DNA of 64,000 bases from the human T2T-CHM13v2.0 reference genome, Homo sapiens: assembly GCF_009914755.1 (NCBI RefSeq), contig NC_060926.1. One strand, 5' to 3'. Under the pieces are notes generated by a model, which saw only the letters and a list, made by a program, of their open reading frames with translations, had not been told where the DNA came from and ran no database searches. Shown here one piece after another: positions 48,841-62,222 of the stretch (the first letter of the stretch is position 1; each line of letters opens with the position of its first letter). Both the position numbers and the translations under genes were made by a program.

Positions 48841-49481
48841 CCAGCTCTCAGAAGATGCTGAAGATCATGGCTCATAGTTTGAATAGTGAGGCCTTAGGAA
48901 ACACCATGAAAGGGATAGCCTGGTAACCCGACGAGTAACTGTCAAATAAAAACACATTATTTGTAAGCATTAAGGAATAGAGAGAATGAGTATAGATAGT
49001 GTTGCTTCAGAAGCAAAGTGAGAGGGACCCAAGAGGAAGGCGAAAATGAGAGAGACAGAGCAAGGTCCATTGATCAACTACTTTTCCTACTTGGAGAATA
49101 TCCTTCCAAACTCTTCTCTGTTGAAATCTTGAAATTTCTATGCTCTTTTTAAGCCAGGAAAGCCACTCCTCTCTAGACTGTGTCTTCCCAGCCTTAGAGC
49201 ATTCTCCATTAATGCAGTGAACAATTTCATAAGTTTGAGACTCAGTCACTAAAAATCCTCAGGGCCTGTTTGGTTAAACTGAATTGGTTGGTTGGTTGTC
49301 ATGTGAACATATGACCCAGCTGTGATCTTACACAACTCCCTTCACCCTTAGCATTTTAGGTTAAGAAGAATGTCACCAGTGAGTGAGGAATGTGGTAAAA
49401 CATGAGAAAAAGCTCACCCCAACCTAGTAGTGAGACTAGCAGGAGGCTGTATGGCAGAACACAAATCTGGGAGTTTACTCA

Positions 49482-49598
<117 letters not shown>

Positions 49599-49647
49599 TT
49601 AGCTGCAAATAGGAAACTGTTATGCATAGCAATCAGCCTGGTACTTA

Positions 49648-49776
<129 letters not shown>

Positions 49777-51701
49777 TCATTAAGACATAAAGATAAAAAG
49801 AGAGTACAAAGGCATTTTGCAAATACAACTTTCACATTAAATTTAAAAATATTGAGTTTGGTGTTATCAGGACTACTTTTAGCTGAGAAAGATTGTTGCA
49901 ATTTAGAAGTCCCTCATGCTGTGGGAGAAGATGCTTTAATGACTGCTATTTAGAGACCTGGGGACTGGGGCCAAATTTAAAGGTCTTTTTCATTTATATT
50001 TGTAGCCTGTCTTTTCTTATTAAATCAATCACATTTTCCCGTATTGCATTCCACTTTCTTTTGGTAATTAGTTTATTACAAGCTCTTGATAGTTCGAGAA
50101 AGCATCCTTAAATTTTGGAGCAGGTTTTGATTCAAATACTTCAAGAAAATTAATCTTTTATGATAAATCCATATTGCTCATTATTAAAAATCTTCCCTTA
50201 TTTAGCTATCTTGCAATTCAGGAAGTTCTTCTTTGCATCTCATTGAAATCACTAAACATTGTTTTGGTGTTTGGGACTATTCAAGGCTCTTCTTTTCTTC
50301 CCACCTTTTATTTAGCCTCTGAAGAGGAGAGAGGCTTAAGTGATAGGTGAAATTGAAGAGTATTTTATTACAAGAATGGGGCTCCCTCAGAGTCTAGGCA
50401 TCTGGATTTCCCCACTGGAGTTTTAGATTCACCAGTCATGGGATCTGGACAACTAATATGAACTGTCTGTCACCCTCGTGACAATGAAACAAAGCCAGGT
50501 TTCTCTTCTGGCTCTCTCTGGTTCTCCTTCTTATCCAAAAGCCCAGGTCACACTGGATCTCTGCTCTGTCTACAGCTGGGGATAGCAGTGTGGGATTAGA
50601 CTGCAACGTGTACTTGGGTTGGGTGAATATCACAGTTTTGGATGAAAATACTATTTAATAAAGACAATGATTCTTAGATAATAAGAGGCTGCAGTGGTCA
50701 AATTTGGTTCTGGGAGTTTCTTATGTTTTTTCAAAGTAGTTGATGCTACCGTATGCTTATGTGCCCTATAGACACCCTGGAGGTTTGGAAAAACAGAACA
50801 CCTGAGTTTGGAATTGTTCAGTGTTAGAGTTAACAAAGGAGCTATGCCAGTTCCAGTAGCAGCTCTTATAGAAGGCCCCAGAGCAAGACTGATGACGTGA
50901 AGTACCAGAGAGATGTCCCTTCTCTCTGTTTTCCTTTTTTTGGGCAGTGATGGGAGGTGGGCTTTACATTCTCTGAGGAGTTTATGAAATTTAAAGAAAA
51001 AAGAGGGATGTCTGTTTTAGGGAGACGCAAATTTTTCTTTGTGAATAGGGATGACTTGATATGTGAAAAGATCCATAGTGATAAATTCATAGTTTTCAGG
51101 AATTTTGGTATTGCTGACAAGGCAATGATTGTGGCAGGCTACAGTGGTACTCAATTTCTAATGCTAACTGACAGACTTAGTTAGAATTAATGGGAAGTGG
51201 AAAATAATGATTTAGTTTATATGGCACAGTGTCTACCTTAAGGCAATACTTAAAAAGTTTTCATTTAATGAACAAATGAAAAAAATGAGATAAAGGAGAT
51301 CAGAAACTCTTAACCCGTGATGAGAGTCAGACCAGAATTGCCACTCTCACTTTCACCTACTCTCTATTCACTTCAGAGATTCTGATTTACCCTTTTTAAA
51401 GTGTTATGACCTCCATCTCCCATACCCATTGTCAACCTTGAAAATCACTACAGAGGGGTGATGTTCTTCCCAGGTGTTTAGGACTGATAAAATGTTGGGA
51501 ACCACTTACATATATGTAAAAGCACCCAGCTCGGTGACTGACAAGAAATGACAATTAAATTTAAATCAGAAGGCTGAAGAGGAACATGGAAATAGTGCCA
51601 TGTATATGGTTAAACAAAATCTTTCCAACCTTTTCCTTGTTTTGATTTTCATCAGATGCCCATCTTCCCCTCCCCAATTGCTTAAAAAGGAAAATTTCTC
51701 A

Positions 51702-51878
<177 letters not shown>

Positions 51879-53172
51879 TCAGCAAAAGCAGGCGACCTTC
51901 ATATGCTTGGGAGGACCCCTAGCGACTCTGGGGATGGAAATGGCTTGGTGAGAGCCAGTTCCCTATTTCCAGGAAGCACTGCTCTCAAGCTTCTAAAGAG
52001 GTGGGTATAAGGATCAGAGCAGGGAGTCTGTCTCTGCACCCTCCCACCCCTCTCCCCCACCACAGACAGCACCGACATCCAGGGCTCCTGGCCAAGTAGA
52101 TTCTGCCCCACTGTGGACCCTGTACACTGAGGGTGATGAGAGATTCCTCTCAGGAGAGATGAGCAAATTACCTACTCTCCCTTGTAAGCAAACTCGTCCT
52201 CTTCATATTGGCCGGCAATCACATGAGCAGTTATACTGAGGGGCACCAGTCTGTGGAATGGCACAGGGCAAAAGCCAGAGGCTTGAATTTGGGGGATTTT
52301 ATACTCATGCTGAAGATAATTTGCTGTGTCATGATGTCCAGCCTCCTAACTTCCCTGAGCTAGTGTCTCTTCTGTAAAATTTGTATAATAATATTACATA
52401 GTCTTCCTGCCTCACAGGTTAGTAGGTTTTAAGTAATAGAACAGGTAGAGATAATATGAGGCAGGGTTTGGCAAAGTATAAAAGTACAGCCATACACCAC
52501 TGTGATGTTATTGCCCTCCCCGCCCAACTCCCTCATTCCCCTAATTACTGTGACTCTACAAAAAGTAGTCACCATTGCTAAGTCCTGTCTACTTTGTATT
52601 AAATAAAAGGCCAGTAAATGCCTTTGGGTTTCTTAATCCAGGTGACAGCCACCTGAGGAAATAATAATTACCTTGTTCTATAGAGAGAATGTAGTATATT
52701 GGTTAGGAGCATGGGCTCTGGAGTCAACTTGGTTTTTCATTCTGATTTTACTAATCGTATGACCTTAGATATATCACTTTAAGTTCTCTGTGTCTTGGTT
52801 TCCTTATAGTGTTGTTTTTGAGGAATAAATATATATGTCTGGTTCACAGTAAGGCCTCAACCAGTGTTAACAATAGTTATAATAGTTGCTGAAATTAGGA
52901 AGTTGAATGATTTGTCTTCGGTCACACAGCTGAGAAGTAGCAGAACTTGGATGTGACCCAGTTTTTCTGACCCTCAGTTTAGTGCTTGTTCCACCACACT
53001 ACAGTTACCCACCACTTGTGCCTGTTTCCATCTTCTCAGCCCTTTTGATTCTTCAGATGTGAGTGATATTTTGTTGTAATTATTTCTACAACAACTGAGT
53101 CAAACAATCATAGGCCATATAGAGCCTTATGTGGGTGGGATGGAAGGGACTTTTATCTCTAAAGGTCTTTTG

Positions 53173-53297
53173 GGCTGGGTGTGGTGGCGTGCATCTGTAG
53201 TCCCATCTACTTGGCAAGGAGGTGGGAGGATCACTTGAGCCCAGGAATTTGAGGTCGGTCTGGGCAACACAGTGAGACCCTGTATAAAAAAAAAAAG
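53173..53297 (+). mobile_element. Alu monomer (FLAM/FRAM-like)
   Basis: Single Alu arm with A-tail. Confidence 0.85.
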
Positions 53298-54015
53298 ATT
53301 AAAAGAAATTTAATAAAAGAATTTTGGGGCCTGACCTTAGCCCAGTCATTCATTCATTTAACAAACATTTATTGGGCACCTACATGTGGCAAGCATCGTT
53401 CTATGTGCTGGGAATACAGCTGTGAACAAAGCAAAAAAAGCCTTCATGGAGCTAGCATGCTAGTCTTAGGACCTTCTTTGGGAATCCATAAACTTTCCCT
53501 GAGAGTGCTTTATGTTTCTTTCTGTTGATGAATGTTGCTTTGCATCACGGGAAGCTTTATTTATCATTAGCTGCCCTGGTGGTTCTCAATATAAGCTGTG
53601 TTTTAGCATTACCTGGGAAGTCTGTTAAAACTGCAGCTTTCCAGGTCTGGGATAGGACTGTCGTCTGTAATTGTAATGAGCCCAATGTGTGATTCTGCTT
53701 CTCAGCTAAGTCCAGACTATGTCTTTTGCACTTACTCATTATTTTGGATTTCTCTGTAATTGGTGAGTAGTCTCACTTCCCTGGCTACACTGTCATCTCA
53801 TGGTGGACATTTATATTTTATCTCTTCTGTATTCCAACAGCATTTGGCCCTGTATTGGACACATGGTAGTTGCTCACGTACTTACCAATTAATTATTCTC
53901 TTCAGGTAATTATTCATTGGGTCATTTATAGGGGGACCCTGTGGTATAGTGGAAAATCTGGAGCTTTGAAGAAAGACAGTCTGGGATTGAACCCCAGTCC
54001 TGCCATGGTCTAAAG

Positions 54016-54230
54016 CAAGCTTGTCCAACCCACAGTCTGCATGCCACATGTGGCCCAGGATGGCTTTGAATGCGACCCAATAGAAGTTTGTAAACTTTCT
54101 TAAAACATTATGAGTTTTTTTTTTTTTTTAAACTCATCAGCTATTGTTAGTGTAAGTGTATTTTATGTGTGACCCAAGACAATTCTTTTTCCAGTGTGGC
54201 CTAGGGAAGCCAAAAGATTGGATACCCCTG
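54016..54230 (+). mobile_element. MER30 hAT MITE inserted into a MIR (~53940-54380)
   Basis: caagcttgtccaacc...ttggatacccctg termini; 8-bp TSD gtctaaag / gtctgaag. Confidence 0.9.
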
Positions 54231-55178
54231 GTCTGAAGTGTCACATCGGTCAAGTTTCTGTGCCTTTCCAAGCCTCCATTCCTTCCCCTGGACGAAAGGG
54301 ATAATTACCCCCACTCTGCATGGTAGCTGTGAGGATTAAATGACACAACATAGAAGAAATGCCAAGCACAGAGCTCAAAAAATGTTTGATGCTAATACTT
54401 TTCCCCTTCCCTAACTTTTGAAACTCCAAAGTAGGTAAAGTTTGAGTGCTCTTCTGGAAACTCAGGTTTGCGCCTGAGTAAAAGCAGCAGTAGGGGGCCT
54501 GGTGTAGAAGTCACATGCATTGATTTCTAATTTCAGCTCTGGCACTAACTTGCGGTGTGATGTCAGGCAAGTAGGTTAACCTCTTCAGGCCACAGATTCA
54601 TCACTTGAAAACTGAATTGAACCAGTCTTTTCCTATCCTTTTTGTGATTTTTTGGGGAAATGATACTTTGGCAAGGGTTGTTTCTAAGAGTTAATTCCAA
54701 AACATCACAATAACAACAACAAAACCCAACAAACCCAACACACACATGCCTATCACACAGCTTTTACACTGTAGGTATTCAAGAAACATTCACTGAATGA
54801 GTGAATGTGCCAAAACAGCCCCCAATGAACCAATTTATGATCTCTAAGCTCTTTTCCAAATTTTCCCACTATCCCAAGTACTCCATACCCTCCATAGGCA
54901 AGAGCTACTTGGCAGGAGTTCATAATGTCAATTTTAATTTCTATCTTTGTGTTGTGATGTTTCAGAGTTTATACAGCTCCCAGGGAGAAGCAGTTGTCAC
55001 CATAGCAACCTACAGGCCACTGCAGTGAGAAAAATTAGTGCCTGCCCAGACCTAGTAATTGCTGTAGTCTTTTCCTTTTGGATTCCTAGCAGTGGATGCT
55101 TGAATACAAATACCAAGTGGGCTCCAGCCAGTGAGGGTAATAGTGTACAGCAGTAAACTGTCTGTTAGCTGATGCTTA

Positions 55179-55424
<246 letters not shown>

Positions 55425-57252
55425 TTAGGAGCACTGATGGGCACCTACAACCCAAGTGCAGTTGAAATGCAAGTTTTAGTAGCCCCTGTTTATGTGACAA
55501 GTTTTTCTCTTATTTATCTCTGACTCAGAGCCACAGATTGTTAGAATTGCATAGGCCCTTTGAGAAAATCTAGTCAGATTCCCTTGTTTTACAGCTCTGG
55601 AAATTAAGGCCCTGAGAGGAGAGGCAAATAGTATTTGTATTAAGGTTCAAGACTAGGATATGGATCTCTGGGTCCCAATTCTGTCACTCTAGTGAGGCTT
55701 TAATATGGATTGAATTGTTTCATAACTCTTAACCCTTAGTTTCCCAAAATCTCGTGCTGAGGCCGTTGCAAGGTGGTCAACTCCTGCACATGGTATCCAT
55801 CCTGAATTACAATTACCTACTTCCTTGACTGTTTTTCTCACTTGTGAGCAAACTGAGGACAAAGAGTATATTCTATTCACTTCTGAATCCTTGGTGGCTT
55901 CATGTTGCTTGGCACAGCGTTAAGAGTACAAAATGAATGAATAAGTGAATGCAGTAGTGAATAATTGAATTTTTTGAAAACAATACAAAAATAAAGAAAC
56001 CAGTTTTGTCATATATGATTCGCAAGCATGTAAGTCATGCCAATGTTACCCTAAAATCCCAACATACGCTACCATTTCCTGCCAGTTGAAAAAAAAGTCT
56101 CAAATTCACAAACTGTACATTTGCTTATTTCTAAGGTTAAGGCTCACTGAAGGCTTCAGACTGATGAGAGCATTAGCCCACAGAAAGGCAGAGCCTAAGG
56201 TAGCTAATGTCTTTTCTTAACAACACAGGAATGGATTATTCTTGGCTGATTCATCTTATTCCTACCTATTGGTTTGCTTATTTAACTGTAGCTCCTTTTC
56301 TCAGTAGGAGGTCTTAATGCATTAAAGGTTATCAAAACTCAACATTCCAACTTGAGAGCAGAAGAGTGTGGGTTAAGCTCAAGTAAACCGACAAGTCCGT
56401 AACCTGCAGGGAATTTCCTATAATATGCAGTAATTCTTGAGGAATTATTTTAAATATTCTAATTGCTTACTAATACCCTAAAGGGCAATAGAGGTTCCCA
56501 AAGGAGCTAAGATCAATGCTGTAGCATCTTCTTTAGAGATGCAAATCTGCTTCCAAAGTCCAGTGGATTGTTAAGATTGGAGATGCACTGTGAGAACTCA
56601 ATGGCCATGAGGTCCTTTGACTCAGGCTAATATTAAGAAAGATGCTGGAATACTGGGCCCTTGAGAACATTCTCTCTCCAAGTATGGGAACTTTGGTCCT
56701 AGAAGCTGAAACCCAGAAACAAATGATCGAAGTTATGTCTGACAAACATGAGATCATACTGCATTATCCAGGTGCTTTACACTTTTGATAAATGCCTTTC
56801 ATCAATATAGTTATAAATACTGTGTTTTTGTCATATACTTATATTTTAGATATAAAGATTATCTTCTGATGCACAATAAATTTCCAACACATTTTTTTTC
56901 CTATGTGGGTGTTATCTAAAAATGTGACACAAGGGAATAGCTGCTCTAGCAGAAGGAGAATTTTTATGATTGGAATCTATCTTTTTTTCTCCTTAAAAGG
57001 TATATCATCACTTATAAAATGCATTCAGTCATTTGAAGCAAGGTTAATTATCTGTATTTTAATGACTCTTAAAAATCATACCTTTTCTTCAAAGGTCTCT
57101 AGTTATTATTTGTATTACAAAGATAAAAATATGTGAGTATCCTAAACACAATTTCTTTCCTAGAAAAATTATCCCCTTTCAAATGTGTTTTCTCTTAGAA
57201 AAAATTCATTATTCCAATTACGAATGTCTTTTGATATGCAGTAACTTACTTA

Positions 57253-57354
<102 letters not shown>

Positions 57355-57519
57355 TTAAGATTTATGATAGGGTGCCTTTTAAGTTCATGAATAAAATGGG
57401 TATGTGTATGTGTGTGAGAGACAGAGACTTCAGAGTTCCCAAGAACTGGATTCAGGCTGAGGATTCTAACTTAAATCAATGAGGAGATGTGCCATGACTT
57501 ATTCTTGGTCTTTATCAAA

Positions 57520-57760
57520 GAGTGTATAATTTTGCGGTTAAGACTGTGAACGTTGAGATTAGGCATACCTGGACGCAAATCTTCGCTGTCCCACTACTTG
57601 GCTATGTGATTCTAAGCATGTTATTTAAGCCCTCCAGCTCAGTTTCTTTGTCTGTAAAATTGCAATAATAATTCCTACTTCACAGGGTCATTGTGATAAT
57701 TAATCAGGATAATCCATGTAAAGAACAGGGCTTGGCACCAAGTATATAGTTAAATAGTTG
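57520..57760. mobile_element. MIR
   Basis: gctatgtgattctaagcatgttattta...ctcagtttctttgtctgtaaaat...cctacttcacaggg. Confidence 0.7.
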
Positions 57761-58919
57761 TAGAGTGATCCTATAGACTTGATTGGGAAGATGGACAAAA
57801 ACTATGTTGAGTAGAGTGGAGACATTAATGATGAAAATACAACTGGAAATCATGCAGGCAGGAAAACAGAAGATTCATTAAGAACATGCTCCCATCTTGA
57901 TCTCTACTGTCTTTCCCAGGTAGCCTATTTCAATATTATTCCAAAGAGACAACTTTGATCCTATGGTTAACTCACATGGGCATCTCATGTCATTTGCGGG
58001 GAATGTCTATGAGATCATTTCCTTCAGGCATTCACTTATACCCACAGGAAAAATCTAAATATTCTTGAAATTGAAATAAAATCTATGCTGTACTTAAGAT
58101 TTGAGAAAAGAGTGACACTCAGAAATGCAAAACCAGTATAGGATGATGTGTGAATGCTAAAGGAACTGGAGGTTAAGATAACTCAGGAGAAAGCAACTGC
58201 AAGGCAGGGACGAACATGCAGCCAACATTTATTGAGTATCTACAATGGTTTAATGTTTTGGCCCAAGGACTGGCAGAGAGGAAGGGAGTGGGCAAGGATA
58301 TTTCAGGTGGGAAGTGAGTATGTGAGTATCAGGAATATAAGAACAAAGGTGAAAGATGCTGTCTTGTTTTTAACATGTCTATGCAGCAGAGACTGCTTTA
58401 AGCTTCTAGGAAAGAACACCTCCATGATGGGCAGATGAAAGTAAGATTTCTTACAGTCCCAGAAGGGACTTGCTACAGTTGTAAGCTACTGTGTGAGTTA
58501 TACACACCCATTTGTGACCTTCTTTTACTCACTCAACAATGGTGTGAGGTGGGAATTTCTCTTACATAGCAGAAGAAATTGGGTCACAAAGAGACTAAGT
58601 AACCTGAACAAGGTTACAACGAGGCAGAATGACTCCAGACATCCTTTCCCTGTGCAATACTGGCCAAAGCATGTCACTCTTAATCCCATGTCTTGGTGAG
58701 CAAGGTGGAGGGACAGACATTGCAACCTTGCTTCTCCTGAGAGGAAGCATGTCACATTCGCTCTATTTCTTCTGCAAAGCGGTTTACCAGCCGTTCCTCC
58801 CTAGGTGCTAATAGGGAGGAAATTTCATTTCAGAAAAATATTTTCACTCAATAATCTCTTAGAAATGATATAACCTAGAGAAAGTAATCCAACTTTGGTC
58901 TCTGATTCTATTCCCGAAG

Positions 58920-58952
58920 GCATTCCCAAGAAGGACATCGTTTAACACCTAA
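58920..58952 (+). CDS. GTF2A1L: Putative alternative terminal exon of GTF2A1L (AFPRRTSFNT*), UTR to ~59180
   Basis: tctctgattctattcccgaag|GCA TTC CCA AGA AGG ACA TCG TTT AAC ACC TAA; phase 0 like the canonical last exon; AATAAA at 59106-59111 and 59157-59162; peptide matches an ALF alternative C-terminus I recall. Confidence 0.68.
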   Translation, partial: AFPRRTSFNT

Positions 58953-61838
58953 ACTCATTTAACAAAGGATCCGAGAAGAACAGGGACAGTGTGGGAAGAA
59001 ATCTTCTTGTGATGGCATATTTGCTTCCTATATTTCTTCTGGAATCATGTTCGCTTGGCTTCCTGATTAAAAACACAGTTTTATTGCTCTCTGCACTGCC
59101 AAACCAATAAATTTACAGAAGAGAAAGCTGTATTCCACTGTACCCCTTGCAGCATCAATAAAACTGACAGCCAAATTCTGATTCCAGAATCTTTATTGCT
59201 GGGGATAATGCAGTGCAGAACATATTTTGGAGAGTGTTTACATAAAAGCTTCAGCAGAACACTTCAGAGCTGTTTATTCATGCAAATGGAGCCCAGAAGC
59301 TGAAGTCTCTCAGCAGGCAGCCTCCTCCTCCAAATGGGAGCATGGTGTGACTCCCAGAGGAGCAGTTTGGTTCAGATTTGATCAGGGAGGTTGCCTGAGC
59401 TTTTGATTGATGTAGGGAGGAGGGATGAGGAGCAAAGGTCGGACAGAAGTGCAAGAAGCTGTAGATCATGCAATGGCAGTCTCCAGTGGCTACAGAAGCA
59501 GCCCTGGTGCAAGCTGAAATTTTGCAGCGTTGATGTTGATGCTGCAGAGCAGGAAAGGCAGCAGTGGGGAGAGTGAAACTAGAGCCTCCCCTATAAAAGA
59601 GACACCAAGTGAACAGCAGGTGACTTTGTGGATATGGCTGGGTCAAGAAAGAGTCCTGGGGGCCAGGGAATGGGGAGAGAGGTGGGGTTAGGCAGGTGCA
59701 CTGTGCTTTTCACAACAGATGTGTTCCCATGAGGCAACACAGAGAATGTGGTCCTGTGAATCGAAAACCATTTTCCCTACAGACTTATATGTTTTTTTTT
59801 TCAGAAATGTCACATCTTCATTTCTGATTCGTCTTTGATGGGTAGCAGTTCCTAAGCATTCAAGTATCTGTCTCCAGAATTTATTAATAAAGTTTATGAT
59901 TTGTTGATAACTGTTTGAATGTACTCCCTTTGAAGGTGTCCCACTCTCTATTGGATGCATCTATGATTCTTTCCATGATGCCAGAAACTTTTAGCAATGT
60001 GAACAATGATCTTAATAACCCTGCAATTCCACTCCTGTATACATTGAGAAAAATTCTCAAATTGATACTTAAAGGAATCTTGTACAAACGTTTTCTTCAC
60101 AGCATTGTGGCATCAGGGGCTTGGAGGCAACCTGGGTGTCCATTACTAGGTGAGGGAGTATGTAAAATTTGGACCGTACACACCTAACTGAATAGGAGAG
60201 CCTGTAGAAGTGAGAGTCTAAAGGCTCACAGAGTAGCATGGGTGGATCTTCAAATCATGGAACTGAGAGAAACAAGAAATTACGGAGATATAATATACTG
60301 TTTGCAGAATTAAAATATATGTAAACGAAACACTAGACATTAACCTCCTCCTGCACATGAACATACACTAGGATTGTTATCTAAGGTGAGTTGAGAGGAA
60401 CAGAAGTGGGAGAAGGAGATAAAATAAATAACTAAAAACAGAGAGGGACTTTGAATGGACTAGTGATAATGTTACTTGAATGAAGAAATATGACCAACTT
60501 AACCCTCTGTACTAGAGAGACAAATGGAAAATAAAAAAGGTTTATTTTGATGTATTGGCAGCCTGCTTGCTTACCTTTCTTCCTCCTCCTTCCTCTCTCC
60601 CTTCTTCCCTCCTTCCTTTCCTTTCCTTCATATTTTTTTGGAGTTAGGCATACTTGTATTCCAATAGTTTTGTGAACTATTGTGGAAAGGTCTAGTCGGT
60701 ATCATTTGATATAGAGCAGAAGCCAAGGAGAACTGAGGGCAAAAATGCCTAAGGCAAGGACAGTTCAGCAGCTCTGCTGTCCAGGGTCAAAAAAGGAATG
60801 AAAGCTATGCATAAAGCAAAGAAAATAAAGGAAGGACAGAGCCCTTTCTGTCTCAGCAAAAGAGGGTGATACACCACAACTATGCACCTCAGATGGGTGG
60901 TAAAGAATTAGGGTTACTGGGAAAATATGAGGTTGAACTTGCAGGGTGGAGATTCTCTCTTGAAAGGTGAGACGGCTGTGGAAAAATATGGCTGTAGAAC
61001 TATGCAGCTACTTAAATTTATTATATTTTCACAGTCTTTTTTGCAGTTTTGAACTTTTGTTTTTAAATAAATTGATGAGGCAACGCAGGTGGCACCTTGC
61101 CCAAGTGCCTTTGCCACAGATGTTGAAACAAATGCTTCAATTGGATTACAAAGTCTGCGTTAGCTTCATCAGCTTGGAACTTCCATCTACTCATTAATCT
61201 CATCTGCAGGTCCCCAACCCTTCTAGTTGTGTGTTAAAGTTGAAATCGAAACAGTCTGTCCTCCTTAGGGCTGGAATTAAGTCATTCATCCTAGTACTGG
61301 GATCTTGTGATTGGTCATGACTCTGGCGAGGCTTGTGCATCGTCTAAACTGGACCCAATAATATTAATATTTGGGGGCAGGAGTGCACCTGCAGTGCCTT
61401 CCCACATGCTATGCTGGTGTTTGTTTTTGTCTCGATTTCTTATTCTGTAGCTTGCTTGGTCTCCCCAGAATCCATCTAGGAGTAGGGCTTCTCTTAGTTC
61501 CTGCCTTCTCTTTTTCTCAATCACCAGATCCTGATCCCTGTATCTCTACCCCTTAGGGAACACTGCTGCCCTAGAACAGTTCCTGGTTGCTGTCTGGTTA
61601 GGGTCAAGCTAGTATCTCTTACTGCTTAGTTCTGACTTTCAAACTGGGCCCCTTGGCACAGACGGTGACCCTGTGTTAGGACTACCCAGTGGAGTTGGGT
61701 TACTTTCTGTAGTGGATACTGTGGTGGGCTACCCAAGTCACTCTTTAGTACTGACGCACCAATTTCGCCAACTGCTAGGAAAGAGTGGGTGGCTGAAGCT
61801 CTCAGCTGAGTTGCTCTCCTAGAATTATGCTTATAGAC

Positions 61839-62222
61839 TGATGTGGTTTGGGTCTGTGTCCACCCAAATCTCGTGTCAAATTGTAATTCCCAGTGTTGGA
61901 GGTGGGGCTTGGTTGGAGGTGATTGGATCAAGGGGGCAGATTTCCCCTTTGCTGCTGCTCTTATGAGAGTGAGTGAGTTATCATGAGATCTGGTTGTTTA
62001 AAAGTGTGTAGCACCTCTCCTCTCTCTCTTCCTCCTGCTCTGGCTACATGAAAATGTGCTTGCTTCCCTTTTGCCTTCTGCCATGATTGTAAGTTTCCTG
62101 AGGCCTCCCTAGCCATGCTTCCTGTACAGCCTGCAGAACTGTGAGCCAACTAAACCTCTTTTCTTTGTAAATTACCCAGTCTTGGGTATTTCTTTATAGC
62201 AGTGTGAGAATGGACCAATACA
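61839..62222 (+). mobile_element. MST-type MaLR solo LTR (MSTA/B-like), possibly nested in an older ERVL LTR
   Basis: tgatgtggtttgg...cccaaatctc...gagaatggaccaataca; 5-bp TSD tagac / cagac. Confidence 0.9.

Noticed and set aside
59592-59599. Perfect TATAAAAG box on the + strand
   Set aside because: Isolated motif with no CpG island or downstream exon I can support; expected by chance in 64 kb
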